64,000 nt of DNA from Trichosphaerium sp. ATCC 40318 (Eukaryota > Protista > Tubulinea): assembly GCA_038496445.1 (NCBI GenBank), contig JALMLS010000225.1, positions 62,001 through 126,000 on the forward strand, given 5' to 3'. The notes below the pieces were generated by a model that saw nothing but the letters and a program-made list of their open reading frames with translations, made no database searches and was not told the DNA's origin. The position numbers and the translations under genes were made by a program. Shown here piece by piece: positions 37,331-51,997 of the stretch. How positions within the stretch are numbered: position 1 is the first letter of the stretch; each line of letters opens with the position of its first letter.

Positions 37331-38403
37331 TTATTTTGTCTTTTCTTTCATGTCTTTAAATTTTTGTGCATAACGTTTACCAAGTGTTTGAAGTGCAGTG
37401 TGATCCAAGTGGATTTTATCAGGCTTCAATGATAGATCTAGTGTGTCTACACAATCGGAAAATGGTAGGCTTTCAGATACAGTCTTGATTGCCTCGTTGA
37501 TTGTAGGAACAAGAGTTCCATGTCTCCATTGAGCACCATTGACAATAGTAGAAATCCAAAGCGTCTAAGCGCTGTAGTCAGTACGAAGCGAACGTAAGGG
37601 TAATGACAGGTACCTCTTCAGGTAAGGCTAAGTCCTCACGGACTTTAGCGATAAGATTTCGTAGGTTGTCTCCGTATGCATTTGCTATCTTTTGTTTTTT
37701 AGGAAAAGAATCACCACTCCCTTGATTCCAAAAAATTGCTGGTATTTCTACACGCACGTGATGAGTTTTTACATTTTTAAGAAGATTGCGTACCATATTC
37801 TTCTTTAATACTTGATAGAGCCTATAAGTTGACTTGGTGAGCGAGCTTTGACTTTAATTGTGATTTTTGGCTGTTACCTCTTTGACATATTCAATAAAGG
37901 CGTTGTAGTACGCTTTCTTGCCACCTTTTTTCGGGTTCCAGTTCTGGTATAGATTCGTGCTACCTAATGATATACTGTCAGGGTTCGGGGACTCCAGTTG
38001 AGCGGTTTTGTACCCATTGCAAATTTAATAAAGTAGATTTTGGTGCCATCGTCGTACAAAGGCGCAATATCGCGTGCCAGAGTTATTTCTGGTCCTATTA
38101 AGCAAAAAAATAGTTAATAAATTAAAGAGTTTAAAAACGTACCAAAAAGGGTTTTCTTCAAGCCTGGCGACTTCTGAGGCTGTACAGGTTCCCAAGCAGT
38201 GTTAGTTGCCCACGGACTCCCTTACAAAAGTTAGTTACAACTGTAAACCAGTGCTAGCTACCAAAATTGCGATCTACATCATATTTCATTTGAATCCGGG
38301 CGTAGGGAGCTTTCAAATCATTGGACAATTTTTTTGCTTCTGCACGGCCGCACATGTTAGATTGGCCTGCTAGAATGAATACCTTCGAAGGTTTTGATGC
38401 CAT
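37331..38403 (-). CDS. SGNH carbohydrate esterase (SASA/DUF303, CE6-like)
   Basis: VFILAGQSNM, FGPEITLA, IFWNQG and DKIHLD. Confidence 0.88.
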
Positions 38404-38798
38404 ACTTGTAGCTTTTATGTTTTTAATGAAATGTAAAGTAACATTGGGCAACATTAGTGTAAACAATTTCAATGAATGGGTCAAATAAAATTCACTAATT
38501 TTTATGATTGCGTGTAACTTTGTTTAACACGTCACACCTTAATTCTGTACCATTTGAGCCTATGCAAGAAGTTGCATCATAGCATTGCTTTAAAAGGTAA
38601 TTGGTAAACTAGTAAAGCTGTGTGACTTGGACCAGTATAAACCAGAATAGATTTAATATTACTAAGTACGGACGGTCTGCCACAGCACATAGAATACAAT
38701 CTTGCTGAAAAAATAGTCTTTGAATTGCAAGTATGGTCGAGGCATTGATAACTTCAGAACACTGCAGCCGTTACACTTTGTTTTACAATGTTTATTAT

Positions 38799-41782
38799 TT
38801 ATTTTTCTTCGCTTACAGTTTCTATAGCAGGATCAAGGTAATCACATATCTCAGCAAAACTAGGTCTGTGAGCCGGATCTCTTTGTAAACATACTTTCAT
38901 TAGTTCTTTTAAAGTTCTGTTACAATCTTGAGGTATCTCTGGGTGATATCCTTGATCTCTTATCATCATTGCAAGGTCAATCATGTTTACATCTTTTGAT
39001 GGTTTTTCTCTTGCAACACATTCCCTACAAAGTCAGCTTTTGGCTTTAACTACAATTACTTGAGTGTACGCACCACGCTAATATTCCAAATGACCACACA
39101 TCGCTTTTAATACTGTACATTTGAGATATCGTTTCTGGAGCCTTAGAGTTCAGAGTCAGAAGAAAATAGAACTTCGTGTTTTTTTTTGTTTACCATCCAC
39201 GGAATTGGTCCGAATTTTTGATTCGTTCGTGCAAATTCCTCATCCTCTAGTACGCGTGACATCCCTTTAAAATGTTATTTTAATATATGGAGACACCTTA
39301 TGGTACCAAAATCAGACACCTTAGCTTGCATATGTATGGTGAGCTAAAAGAAAAAAAAACAAGATTAGAAAATAAGCTCACCGCCTTTTCGTACCAAAAT
39401 ATTTCTTGCTGCAAGATCTATAATAAAGTGGTCAACGAATAATTAGAATCTAAATTATCGCTCACCTCTATGTACAATACCAGCAGCATGAAGATGTTCC
39501 ATACCAACTGAGACATCTAATAAAATTGCTCTTTTTTGCTCATCAGGAAATTCATTCGTTTTATCGCTTTGGTATTCTCGGTAAGTATTTTTGTTCAGCA
39601 GATTGCCTTACCATATCAAGTCCAGTAAGCTACCACCATCAATGTATTCTAATACCATAAACGGCCTTTTTTTATGAATACAAACGCCATAGATTTGAAC
39701 AACATTGCAATGAGGTCGAAGTTTCAACATAACATTTATCTCACGAAGAAAACTTTGTAATTTGGCTTCCTTCTTGGTTTGCTATGAAAAAAAAAAAGTA
39801 AATATCGAAAAAACAATTCTAACACATACGCAGACTTTAATAGCAACGCCTGTATGACGATAAGTCCCACGATAAACAGTACCGAAAGCGCCTTTGCCCT
39901 AAACAAGAAAAAATTAAGAAAAAAAAGTTTGTTTAGAAGAAAGAAAAAGAAACTTAATCATGACGTACAAGTTCACATACTAGCCTCAATTTAGAATGAT
40001 CTATCAACCAACCCTACCACTCTAAGATATAAACAAAATAAAAAGAAAAAGAAAAGCACAAACCGTGAACCAATGTTCTGACTTTTCAAGAGCTGTAGCT
40101 CTTCTTCTAGGTACATCTTCTGATACTCTAGACACGTGTTTATTTTTATCACCACTGCTTGATCTCTTCCTTTGTGGGTTATCCTCTATTTTACTCTTTC
40201 TTGCGAAGTAATGCGCTGACTTTGGACGTTGTCTTTTACGACCGCCTCCTTGATTGTGATTGTAGCCACCAGACTCATCTCCGTTTCTATGTGGTCCTCT
40301 TATTCTCTCTTTTTGCTTTGCACTTATTCTCTTTGTAGTTGATAGTACTTCTGACTCGAATCCTTCGTTTTTTAAAAGTTTATCACTCCATTCTATTAAA
40401 CATTTCACTTAGTTACATTCAATTCTACTTGTGAGTTCTTTAAAGATAGATACCTGTACGAGAGAGGACACGAGACGAGAAGGAACCCAATTTTCTTACT
40501 TCGCGTCTATTTGATTCCAAGAGAGACAACAATGGTTTAACAGAGAGCCATACCTTTGAGTGTTTTTTTAGTTAAAGAGCAAAATTACGACACGTTGAAT
40601 AGGTGATCTTACAATGTGGTTGTCTCGCATCCATTTTATGATATGTTTCGGTTTGAATGTCGCTGTAAAGTCTCTGATAAGAGTTTTGACAGCATCAATT
40701 TTATCTGAAGCAAGAAGAAGTAAACAATCAAATCCTGAAGAAGAAAAGTAGGTTCTGTACGTTCGTTGCCTGTGCCGATTATAAAGAGCAAACTATACCA
40801 ATGTCGTTCTTCTAATTTATGTTGCATCTGTTCAATCATCCATTCTATAGCGAAGTTGCACGTGTGAAGACCAATCTGACCCAATTCTGAAACAAATGTG
40901 AACAAAAAGCAAATGTACATGTTTGTTTTAATAAATTGTACCATATCTTGTGCAACAATACAGACACATCTCGGTGTACGTTATTATATTCCTTCCATGT
41001 TTCTCATCTAAAGCGTATTAAAAAATATGTGTATCATTTCTCACGAGTAAAATAAGCTTACCAACGTTCTGTCTTGTTTTGATATGTAACATTGTTAACT
41101 TTTTTGTAAAATGGCTTATATTATTTCCAAACCTTTTAGCTACCTTCTCTACAGTAATGATATGTTATAATAAACTTAAAGAATCTATATAGACGCACCA
41201 TGCTGTAAAATCATCCAAATAAAAAGTAACCAACCGAAATCTTCTTCAGTCCTTTCTCGCTTCAACATAACACCCAACCTCACATCAATAACACTTGGTA
41301 GCGATGCAATATCAAATAGCGCAAGCATATGTTGCTCTAGGTCACCAAAGAAGTAAGCATAAAGACAAAGAAGAAACAAAAAAAATAAAACGAAGAAATC
41401 ACAAGATAGCCACAAAGGCACGTGCACAAAGATTTAATTATTAATAATTTTCTGCGTGAAGACCAAAATTATACCTTTATCTGCAAATGTCTGTACTATC
41501 GCTAAAGCAGCCATACGGACACGTGGTTCCCCATTCTTTAGAGCACGAGCTAATCTATGATGTCCTTTCGCTTTAAAAAAATAGGCCTTGTTCCGTTCTA
41601 TGCGTGGTGAGTTGAGATATGGACATCACGTGATAAAAAACAAGAAGGCGTTATTTACCTGCGTCGTTTCTAAAAAAACCCTTACAAGCTTCAAGTAATT
41701 CTTCTAGCGCTAGTAATCGTTCTCTTGGTACTACTGAGTCTATTCTATGTAAAAGATTGTCTATTGTTTCATAGGAGCTCAT
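38799..41782 (-). CDS. TKL-group protein kinase with helical-repeat N-terminus
   Basis: GKGAFGTVYRG, HRDLAARNIL, KVSDFG, GPIPWMAPE, SDVWSFG and RPSFAEI. Confidence 0.88.
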
Positions 41783-42256
41783 TATTATGGGTCCGCAAGA
41801 ACCAACAAGTGTAGCGCTAAGTATCACGTAGAAAAAAAAAACCTGCGAGTTGTATTTGTGATACCGAACCGAAAATAAGAGTACGCTTCTCGTTAAGCCA
41901 CGACTGAGCCGAAATACTGTTGAAATAGCTCGGTATCTTCTACGGTATTAGTGTTAATACGATAGAGCCAATCCATTCTGATGTAGTATCTAAGAGGCTC
42001 GGAAAAAGTTAAAAATATCAAAGTTTTTTGATAAGTCTTGTTTTATTTACAATTCCAGCTAAACACGTTTTAAATGAACCGTATTTGGCGTATGCGTGTG
42101 CTAAGGTCTTATCTCCCTTTAAAAAGTATGTTACACGGTGACAGCCGTCCAAATAAGACTTTGGTTTGCAAAAATAGTCTCACACAAACTTCAAAAAGCC
42201 ACACGCTTGTGAACTGCGGTAGTTCCTTTTTTTTGCATTCAATTAGTTTTTTCTTG

Positions 42257-43760
42257 TCAAGCGTTATCTGCTTCGGCTTCTTTCTCTAAAAACTTGATCT
42301 AAAACGAGCAAAGTGAGCAACAGCAATCCCAACACTTTAGCCAGAAGAATCGTACCCATAGATCAGCGAGGCTAACGCCTTCAAGAGGGTCTTCCTCTTT
42401 TTTATCTGAAGAGTTTGTAGTTGGAGCACCAGTAAAGTATCCATACCAACCGCCATCATTCACTTGTGCAGCTAAACCTACTTGTTGTTTCTCTTCATCT
42501 GTAAAGTTTAACATTGACGACATGAGGTCAATAATCTCTTGACGCTGAGCTGGTTTTGTGAGGTAAGAAATTAACATCTTTGTAATCACACGCCTTGGAA
42601 CCAGTTAGAGCATAAACAACATCAAAAAAAAACATCATTTTGACACATGTCAAAATGAGCAATTTCATGTGAAGCAAGAAAAGAATTATGTACTTGTCAA
42701 TGAGCATATCCTTATTAGCGCTTATATTCATCTTTAGGGTACGTTGAAGTGCTGCACGCAAAGGTTCAACTAAATCAGAATGAGAAAACCGCAATACGCG
42801 CGTAAAATAGAAAAAGAAGTATTTCCTTCTAACTTTTCAACTAAATAAAAATTTTATGTCTAAACTTTCCTTCTCTCTTCAACGCAGCAATTTCTTTATC
42901 TTTTTCGAGAAGCCTCCCTCTTAGCTCTTCTACAGTGACACCCAATGAAACATTTTTAAACTCAATATCTTGTAATGTCTCTATTTTCTCATCTCTTTCT
43001 TTTACGCCTATTTCTAAGCGTTTAACTTTGCTTTTGAGTTGATGTAATTGGATGCTCAAGTCTGCTTCATGTGCTATTGAATATAAGTAAATTGTATTAA
43101 AAGTAATTTATGTAGCGTTGCAGACGCTCAGTTGATGCTGTGAGCGAAGAAAAGAGCGTGTAGGGTTTTTCGAGCATTTGCTGACGTTTAAATTATTTTG
43201 ATTGCTGTGGTGATTCTATACCTTCATGTAAGCGTTCTACAACGCCTTGAAGGTTTTCAAGTCCTTCTTTTGTGCTTTGGTACTCCTGTTCCTTTCTATC
43301 CCACTCTGCCTAGTAAAAAAGGTAGTGGCATCGCTTTTAGCGCACAATGGACCTGTTTCTCTTCTAGCGCTGCCTCCTTTTGTGCTATTTCCCTCTCTCT
43401 TGTCGCATACGCTTTAAACTTGTTTTCATAGTCTTCTAATTGACTTTGTACTGCAAGTATCGTTTCGTCACAAGATTGCTCTGATTCGAGCAACCGCGCT
43501 TTTAGACGCACAACTGTGGCCGAGAGAGCTTTTTTCTCAACTGTACCTTGTATTAGCGCTTACAAATAGTGTAAATCGTATTACCTGTCAGTTGCTGTAT
43601 TATCTGTTGATCACTACTTTGTTCTAACGGTTGTCAATGCTTTAAATGAAATGTATTCGCTACCTGCCATGCTACATTCTTTTGTTTCAGAGTTTTGATC
43701 TTGACTTCATACGACGCTTGTTGCAGCATCTCACAGCGATGCAAACACTGTGAGAATAGT
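42257..43760 (-). CDS. Coiled-coil golgin with GRAB domain (GMAP-210/Rud3-like); 5' end uncertain
   Basis: Coiled-coil exons followed by IDKRVITKMLISYL...EIIDLMSSMLNFTDEEKQQVGL...SLADLW. Confidence 0.78.
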
Positions 43761-44234
43761 CAGCATGACTATAATTTGTAGTTGGCTTGTAAATCGAAGC
43801 CAAGTAGAATTGTATTTGCTGTAAAAAACTGAAATTTCGGTGCTTTTCATGACGTTATGTGATGAGCATAGCGTACTTTTTGCACTGTCAAAATGGTGTT
43901 TTTATGGTTGTAGTCATAATTGCACTCATGCAAGGCTCAGCACAACAAATTGACACAACAAATTATGTTTAATCTACAACCAGTTTGCGCTCTTGTGCAA
44001 CTGCGTCTGACGACCTATCAACGTAAAAGCTGTTTTGAACTCTACCATATCTTTTTATACAACTACTATTGATTGGCAAGTAACTGTAAGAAGTCTAGTC
44101 GAATGCCGCACATGAAAAGATGGAATAGCATGCAGTGAAAATGACAAGTGAATATTCTCTTAAAACTAGACCAAAACTACCATGTCACGCTTTGACTGAC
44201 TTCGGTGTGCGCGTAGTGATAAACTAGCATTACC

Positions 44235-46440
44235 ATGTGCCTACTTTTTATCAAATTTCGTAAGTACTGAAGGCTATGAAACCCTTTTTCGTTTAAGTTT
44301 AGCGAAACAAAAATAAGGTTTGTAACTTTCGGTGAAAGCAAATTCACGCCAAAGACTTTAACTCAAAAAAAAAGTTATACAATCCAATGTTCGTTGCGCC
44401 ACGAAGCCGAAACCTCTGTATGTTGCTAAATACAGGCAAATAGAAAGTAACAATGTATTAGTGAACGACAGGCAAGAGGGAATACTGCAGGATTTATTCT
44501 CCAAGGTAGCTGTAACCAGTGAAGGTGATAAAAGAACCATACAGGTCGATCAGTGGCCTCAAACAATAAAATTGCTGTCAACAATAAAAGAAGGTGAAGA
44601 AGACAAAGTGACAGCAGCAATGAGCGATAGGTTGTTCTCTGCGTTTGATTTAAAACAGGTTTGTATTTCACACGCGCTTATTTAATCACTAACCCTCCCC
44701 AGTCAGGTGAAATAGATCTAGACGAGTTTATACAGTGTATTACAGATCTTACGAAGGGCACATTACCGGGAAAGCTTAATTGTACCGTACATTTATTTGC
44801 AAACACACTGTTAACCGTATATATAGTCGCATTTCGCGTATTTGATGCTGAACAAAAGGGTTACATTTCAAAACAAGATTTTACGTTATTCCTACGAGGT
44901 ACTCAAGCGTACTGAGAGTATTAACACCCAAACACATACTCTCTTACTAAAAATCTCCAAACTGGGCAAAACGCTTTTAAACACGCCCTTTGAGACTATG
45001 AAATAGTTGTATTCAAGCGTACATGTCTAATACATCATATAGGCGTAGTAGACGAACCGGGATACGAGCGTGTTATTGGATTAAACGAACAGATTCTGGG
45101 TAGGCTACGTCTGGACCTTATTCTCCTTTGTTTTTTTCTTGTTTTATAGTTTATGTCGATTTGGACGCATTTCTATTCTGTTTTTCCTGAAATGCAATAA
45201 AAACTTGGCGACAAGGTCTTGTCGTTGTCGAGTTGTAACCAAAACTTTTGCCTTTTGTTTTCTTCAAAATCCAACTTGTTTGTATACTGTAAGCTTACTT
45301 GTACTTTATAGCTGCATTTGAAGAGCATGCTGTTTACTTGACTCAATGTGTATACAACTCAGAACTACAGCTTGACTTGATGGGTCAGATTAGCAAGTTT
45401 AAAGAAGACCTATTTACTCTTCGGATAAACGTGCGTTTGATTTGTGAAAAAAAAAAAAAGACTTTGCATGAAAACCAACAACGTCCCACTGTATCGATAC
45501 CTGCGCCGTTGTATATTCTCGTTGTTTTCTTACAGATTGGAGCAAAAAAAAAACTTGAAATTTTTTTGTCGGTTCGCGCTGTTAACACGTTTCTTTTCTT
45601 TAGCAAGTTGTAGAAGGTATATATAAAAAGTATTGTAAATCAGATCGTATGAATAAGGAGGAGTTTTATAAATGGGGTTCGCATGGGTAAGGCTCTTTGT
45701 CCAAAAATTATTTTTTTTTCGAATATTCTATTGTTCGTATATCTTACTCCCTTGTTAGCCAAGATGCTCTACTATGGCTAGGGAGGTGGATGAATATAGA
45801 GTCTTTCTTATTTAAGGACGAAAACGAAGGTAGTTACTTACATTCCGGCCGCTTCAAAAAAGCTTTTAGTTTCACTCTTTTTCAATAATAAGCATTCTTG
45901 TTGCGTTTTTGTATTCCGCTGGCTCTGATGTTTCTTTTTATAGTTGTGCACGAAAAATTCAGTTGTAGGGGTTGTGGACAAAGACCAATACGAGGGACAC
46001 GATACTGGTAATTAAAATAGCAATGACATTTAACCATGGCTTATAAAAGTTTTCTTTTAATTTAGTTGTAACACGTGCAAATATTATAATTTTTGCGAAA
46101 TGTGTGTCAATGATAAGCGAGATATTGGTACTCATAAACATACACATACTTATACAAAGTTCGAAAAAGCTGTTGTAATTCATTGGGGTACGCTAAAAAT
46201 AGAAATAAACACCAATAAACTAAAAATTTTCGGCGGAAATTTTTATTTTTACCATTCTGTTCTTCGTCTTCCTTTTCTTTTATTGACGTTGTTTTGTCTT
46301 TAGGATACAAATGTAATGTATGCAATAAATGCCCTATAATTGGAACAAGGATGAGGTGCACGATTTGTGAAGACTTTGATATGTGCGAGCACCATGAACA
46401 CGAACATCCAACAATACCTGTAGAAAAACCTGTACAATAG
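44235..46440 (+). CDS. EF-hand (calcineurin-B/NCS-like) protein with C-terminal ZZ zinc finger; start uncertain
   Basis: FDLKQSGEIDLDEF, AFRVFDAEQKGYISKQDF, and last exon YKCNVCNKCPIIGTRMRCTICEDFDMC. Confidence 0.75.
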
Positions 46441-47204
46441 AAAAAGAAAAATCTTTAAACCAAAAAACTGAGATAAGGGTCTTTATTGCTTCAAGTAAGT
46501 GTCATTGACACTTACAATATGTATCTAGTTAATTCCTCAGAAACACGTACATTGAATATCAAGAGCGTAAAGGACCGTGCTGAGAAGTAAAACTTATAAA
46601 AATGGTAAAACAAAAAGTGCCTTTTGATCAAAAAACTTATTAAAAAATCCAATCTCGTGAAAACCTGTTGACTTTTTAACTTGATTAGCGACCTTTAGAA
46701 ACACGTTATGAGTTTGGTTGAGTTGAAATAAAGAACTCTATTACATGTCAAATCTTTCAAATTGTCACCTTTTTTTTTCAAAACAATCGCATTATTCTGA
46801 AACTGTTTTTGGAGAAAGAGGGACTGTACAATTAAGTATTTTTGCCACCTGAAGCTGCATTCCATTGTTAGCTTCACGAAGGTTAGATATAGTTGCTCTA
46901 ATAACAACTGTTTGAAAGTACGATTCAAAATGTAGACAAACATTTGAGCTTCTATGACTTATTTTTTTTTTTTTGTGACTTATGTTATTATTTTCTATGC
47001 CAAGAAATCTAATAATGTCGCTCTATAGAGGGACATATCCCAATGTATTTACTATATGTAACGACATAGGTGCCTAATTGAGGGTAATGTAATCCAATAA
47101 ACAAACATCAACATTATTGAAAACAGAAAAAAAAAAGCAAGTCAAAAAAAAAAAACTACACGAGGCTGTTTAAAATCTAAGTAAACGATATCATTTTATT
47201 TTAT

Positions 47205-50200
47205 TTATGGAGGAGGAGGAGTAACAGTAGGCATTGGCGTAGGTACTGGACCAAATAAGGTTAAACAGGTGTCAACATTAGATTCACAACCTAGAACTTC
47301 TTCAGAACCACTCTCGTTAACAACACAACGATCTTCATCATCTCCTGCATCAACAGTATCGATAGGACCTATACCAGAATTGGCTCCATTATTGCAAGAT
47401 ACTACAGTATCGCAACCTTCATTGCCGCGAATATTACCCATCTGTAAGACAAACAAGTTAGCCAAAAAAGAAGAAGAAATAAAAACCAGAAAACTTTGGT
47501 GGTCTTGTAAAAACGCAGTTACGAAATAATTTTCGCTATGGCGATTTTTGTGTGGTGATAATAACATGTTTTACGTACTCTATCATTCGCAAAAGTATAA
47601 ATGCTATCATCACCCAATCCTCCAATGATTGAATCAATGTCGAAAAGTGATGATGCTTCTCTAACTTCAATACAATCATCACCTTCACCAGTATCAATGA
47701 CGTCAAAAACTGCCATAGGACCCTCTACAACGACGATATCATCCTATTTATTATCGTTAGACATAAATCACGTGTTTGAGATTTGACAAAACCATACTTC
47801 AGTTTCTGTTGTGATATCTCCGTTTACATCACTTCCCATGACATAGATCTCATCGGAGCCTACACCACCTGCAACAGGACCATCAACTTCTGATCCCATG
47901 TCGACCTCAATAATATCATCTCCTTCTTGTCCGTCGATCTCAGCAGCAACCGAATCCGAAACGCTTATATGATCGTTACCATCTTGACCTAAGAAAATAT
48001 AAGCAACTTTTCTACTTTAAAAAAGGTAAGATACTTGCCTCTGATACGAGCTGTTTCAGCCATGCTGTGTACGAATACACAATCGTCTCCGCCTGCAGCG
48101 TTTATTAATCCGATAAATGCACCTATAATACAATATGAGTCAGAATTTGTACTTCAAAAAAAAAATTGTTACCAGTAACAGAAATGCAATCATTATCTGC
48201 ACCGCCATTAAGTTGTTGAGCATCTCCCGGTGCGTTTGTATCTCCACCATTAACAATAATCATGTCGTTACCACCTTGACCATTGATTCTACCAGTAGAC
48301 GCATCCGTGCCGATATAGCAATCATCATCACCGGCTGAAAAGAAGCACTTTAGAAAAGAAAAAAAAACAGTAAAATAAACTCGGCTTTTTTGTTTACAAC
48401 GAACGAACTCTCGAGAGTTGCAAGTACAGACCTTACTTTTTTTAAAAAAACAACCTGTTAGGCTTCTTATGTGCTTATTTTACACAGTATTTCCGCAAGT
48501 AGCAGGTAAATTATTTTGTTTTTGAATGATAGGATGAAACACGTGATTTATATAAAATTGATTTGAAAAATTGTTTACGTACCTAGATTAATGATACCAG
48601 ATACCGTACCACCTTCATTAATGACACAATCTGCTCTTGGACCTCCAGTAATTCCCAAAACGACGTCAGCGTTTTCTGTTAGAATGATACAATTTCTTCC
48701 TCTGACACCCACAACACTTTGTACGATTGTATCAATTACAACACATGCGTCATTATCTCGTACTTCGATAACTACGAAAAAAGGTAAGCTACAACGATAA
48801 AAGCATTTGCTTTTGTTTGTACGCCCACAGAGTGGGAAAAAAAAACAAGTATTTTAAGTGTATTACGTACTTCCTCGGTTTCTTGGATTACCGTTTATGT
48901 CAAGAGCTTCATCAATCGAGCGACAATCAGCCCTGTTAATATTCTCACAAACTGTACACGTTGTGCATGTACTCAACATTTCAACCTCACAACCTGGAAT
49001 GGCACATTGACAGTTCGATCCTTCACATACTGGTACTATAGGTGGCTCAGGAGCTATAATAAAAACGGTAAGCGAACAACAGTCTCAAGTTACATCTACG
49101 CTAAAGTAAAGTATTTGATAAATGAAGAATATCACGAGATATAAAAGGAGAGTAGGAGACAAGATTATATTGAAAAAAAAAATTATTGGAGAAAAAAAGA
49201 CAAGCCTTTTCTTCTTTTGTTACGAGCCCATTTTGAGGGTAGTATTTTTTTGGTATTGTGCGTATACCCACTCAGTTAAACTTTGAGTTGACTTTTGTTG
49301 CCCAGAAAATAAGTTTTGGGTAATATTTTGGCGGCTGAATGATACGACACATAAACAAAAAGCAAGAAAAAAAAAAGATACGTACGAACAACACGTCCAG
49401 CAATCTCGCCAATTCCAGCACTCCCAGGACTGGGCACTGCTGAAATATCAAGTCTAACATATCTTGCAACAACTGGCATCATAAAATCGATTGGAATACC
49501 GGCTTCTGCTACACCAGTCGTGGGAGGGACAGCTTCAGCCATCAATACAGGAGTGAAGAGCGTGTTATCCACTGATACCGAAATATCGGTCGTAACAATA
49601 CGTGCCATCTCGGCTTCTCCAGCCCAAAGGCAAAGGCCGCTCAAGGTAATCTCTGCTCCAAAATCGTAAGTTATTACTCGCTCAGTTTGATCGAATGGCC
49701 TTTGAATGAAAGATCTGAATGGAGCATTGCCAGTTGTATGAACAAGATTACAAGCATCTACAAACACATCTCCGTCCATAAAAGCGCCTCCATCGAAGCC
49801 TGATTTGTCGTATGAAAACGTTGGCGCATTGAAATCTTGTGAGACCATTGCTGTCTCAGCGGCCACAGGCGACATTATTTCCTCAGGTGGTGGTGGGAAT
49901 GCCCTCTTTTCTGTTGTTCCTGATGTTTTCTTCTTCTTGGCAGCGTTTTGGAGCAGTTGTCTGTTATGTGACCTGTCTTCTTCGACTTTTTTCTATTTTT
50001 AGAAAATTAGTTAATTTGACAATCAAGTAACTAATCGTCAGAACGATCAAAAAACCAAAAAGTAAGGCAAGACCTCCGCCAACAATTAAAAAAAGGGGTT
50101 GAGCCTGCAAACACAAAACAAATTTTCGTTGACAGCACTGCAATGAGCGATAAATTTGGCTCCCATTCAAAAAAGTAAACTAAAAACAAAAAGGAGGACT

Positions 50201-51278
50201 TTGTTTCGTTTTTAGAGTTTAATCATTGTTGTACGTACCCTGATTGGTTTTGGGAACCTAGGATGACGTGGTTGAGCTTTTAATCCAGCTGTTGATGTCT
50301 CTACAACTTAGGTTAGGTTCAAGTTCGACAAGCACTGAAAAAGAGCGTGGAAAAGTATCATTGAGCTTAACCGCAACATTTAAACAAGATTCGTTTGAGA
50401 TGTACCTGAACAATCTTCACCAAGGCAAGCACTGACACTATACTCAACTCCCGGTGTGTTACATACAACCGCAACCGAAAATTTAGATACTGGTGGCGCT
50501 GGAGACTAAAAAAAAATTTAGTTCACGTGATATTGCTATTTTCGGCTTGTTGGCGTTATTACGCCTTGGAAAAAGATTGATTGGTACGTACGTCGAGGAA
50601 CAACTCGGCATGTAGGGTTCTGTATTCACGGATACCCTCTGCAGTAAGATCTAGTAACTCCTCTCTAGAATTTGGTTTGATGTAGAGCTAAATAGAAGGC
50701 AAGGTTAGTCTTTAGCGAACTACGATGTCCAAGATACACTCCCACGGCAAAACGCAACGGAACTATAAATAAGACAGTATACTATACCTTGATGTCGGCA
50801 TCTGGATCAGATATCTAAAGGGGAGAATGAGAACACAGGAGATTTAACGGGGTTGTTTGTGGTTTTTTTTTCAAAAAAAAAAGCTATTTTGTATTAAAAC
50901 TAACTACGTACCTCGTTTACAATCACGTGTACGTTTTCAGCGTATTGCATAAGCTCCGCGCGTGAGATCTTGAGATAATAGTAATGTGCGTTGGGTGATC
51001 CTTCTTCAAATGTTCTGTGTACGAAAGTATCTGCACGAATAGTCCACATGTATTGAGGCCCATGACCTGAAAGAAAAAGTTAAAAAAAGTGAGTAGAGAT
51101 TTGTTTGAGATTTCAAGTTAGTAACGTCTGAACTGTCCAGTTACCGCCTATTGGCGAACAATTCGACAAGACAATAGTAGTTTATGTCTATTAAAGCAAA
51201 GATAAAGGACGTACGGACTTTATCTTTAGCAGCCACAAGGCATACTAGTATTACCATACAAAATATAGCAAGCTTCAT
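47205..51278 (-). CDS. Large secreted multidomain protein with discoidin-like domain and RTX/hemolysin-type Ca-binding repeats
   Basis: Signal peptide MKLAIFCMVILVCLVAA; ITYDFG...VVARYVRLDI; repeats NGGADND, DGQEGDD, GGVGSD, DTGEGDD and GGLGDD. Could be more than one gene. Confidence 0.65.
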
Positions 51279-51997
51279 TATCAGTAATCTGTAACCTTTT
51301 TGTAGTTTATCTTTTGTGGTTACAGCGTGTTGTTTTGATATAAACTGGTGGAAAAATGAACCGTCATTAAGTCACGTGATTCACTTGGTGCGCTTTTATT
51401 AAGTGAATAAAATCTCCCTTCGACCACGATAATAAAGGTGAGGACAATATGACCTGATTGACAAGGAAGCCTGGTGAGTGTTAGTTGAACCTCCTTTCAA
51501 AAATCATAGAAGTGCAATAAAGAGAAATTGTTGTTGGTACATTTTCTGGTTTTCAGGTGATATTAAAGGCACTTGAGTATACATGGACGTGAGTATTGGA
51601 TTGGGTAAATTAATTAAGAACGATTTCATTTAAATCTTTGTGAACATGGCATTCTAGGCGGATTCGGAACTCCCAACAAAAGCACTTCTCAACAAATTTT
51701 TTTTATTTACGCTTTGCGATCATAACACGTACAGACGTCCTACACAGTTAATCCAAAGCACGAAAGACAAAGGCCTTTGTTAGTTTTTATGCAGTAATAG
51801 CGCCACATTTTCTCGCTTTCACAAGACAAACGCGTCCCTTCACGAAACGTATGTTCAACGAATAAAGACAATACTTGCTGTTAATTAGATTGGCGACCAT
51901 TACAGCCAATAAGGGCATAATTTTATACCAGTACCCAACATCTCGAGGCAACACGTGATCTTGATGGTCACGCCTCACTCAGCGGTTTGAATGGTAA

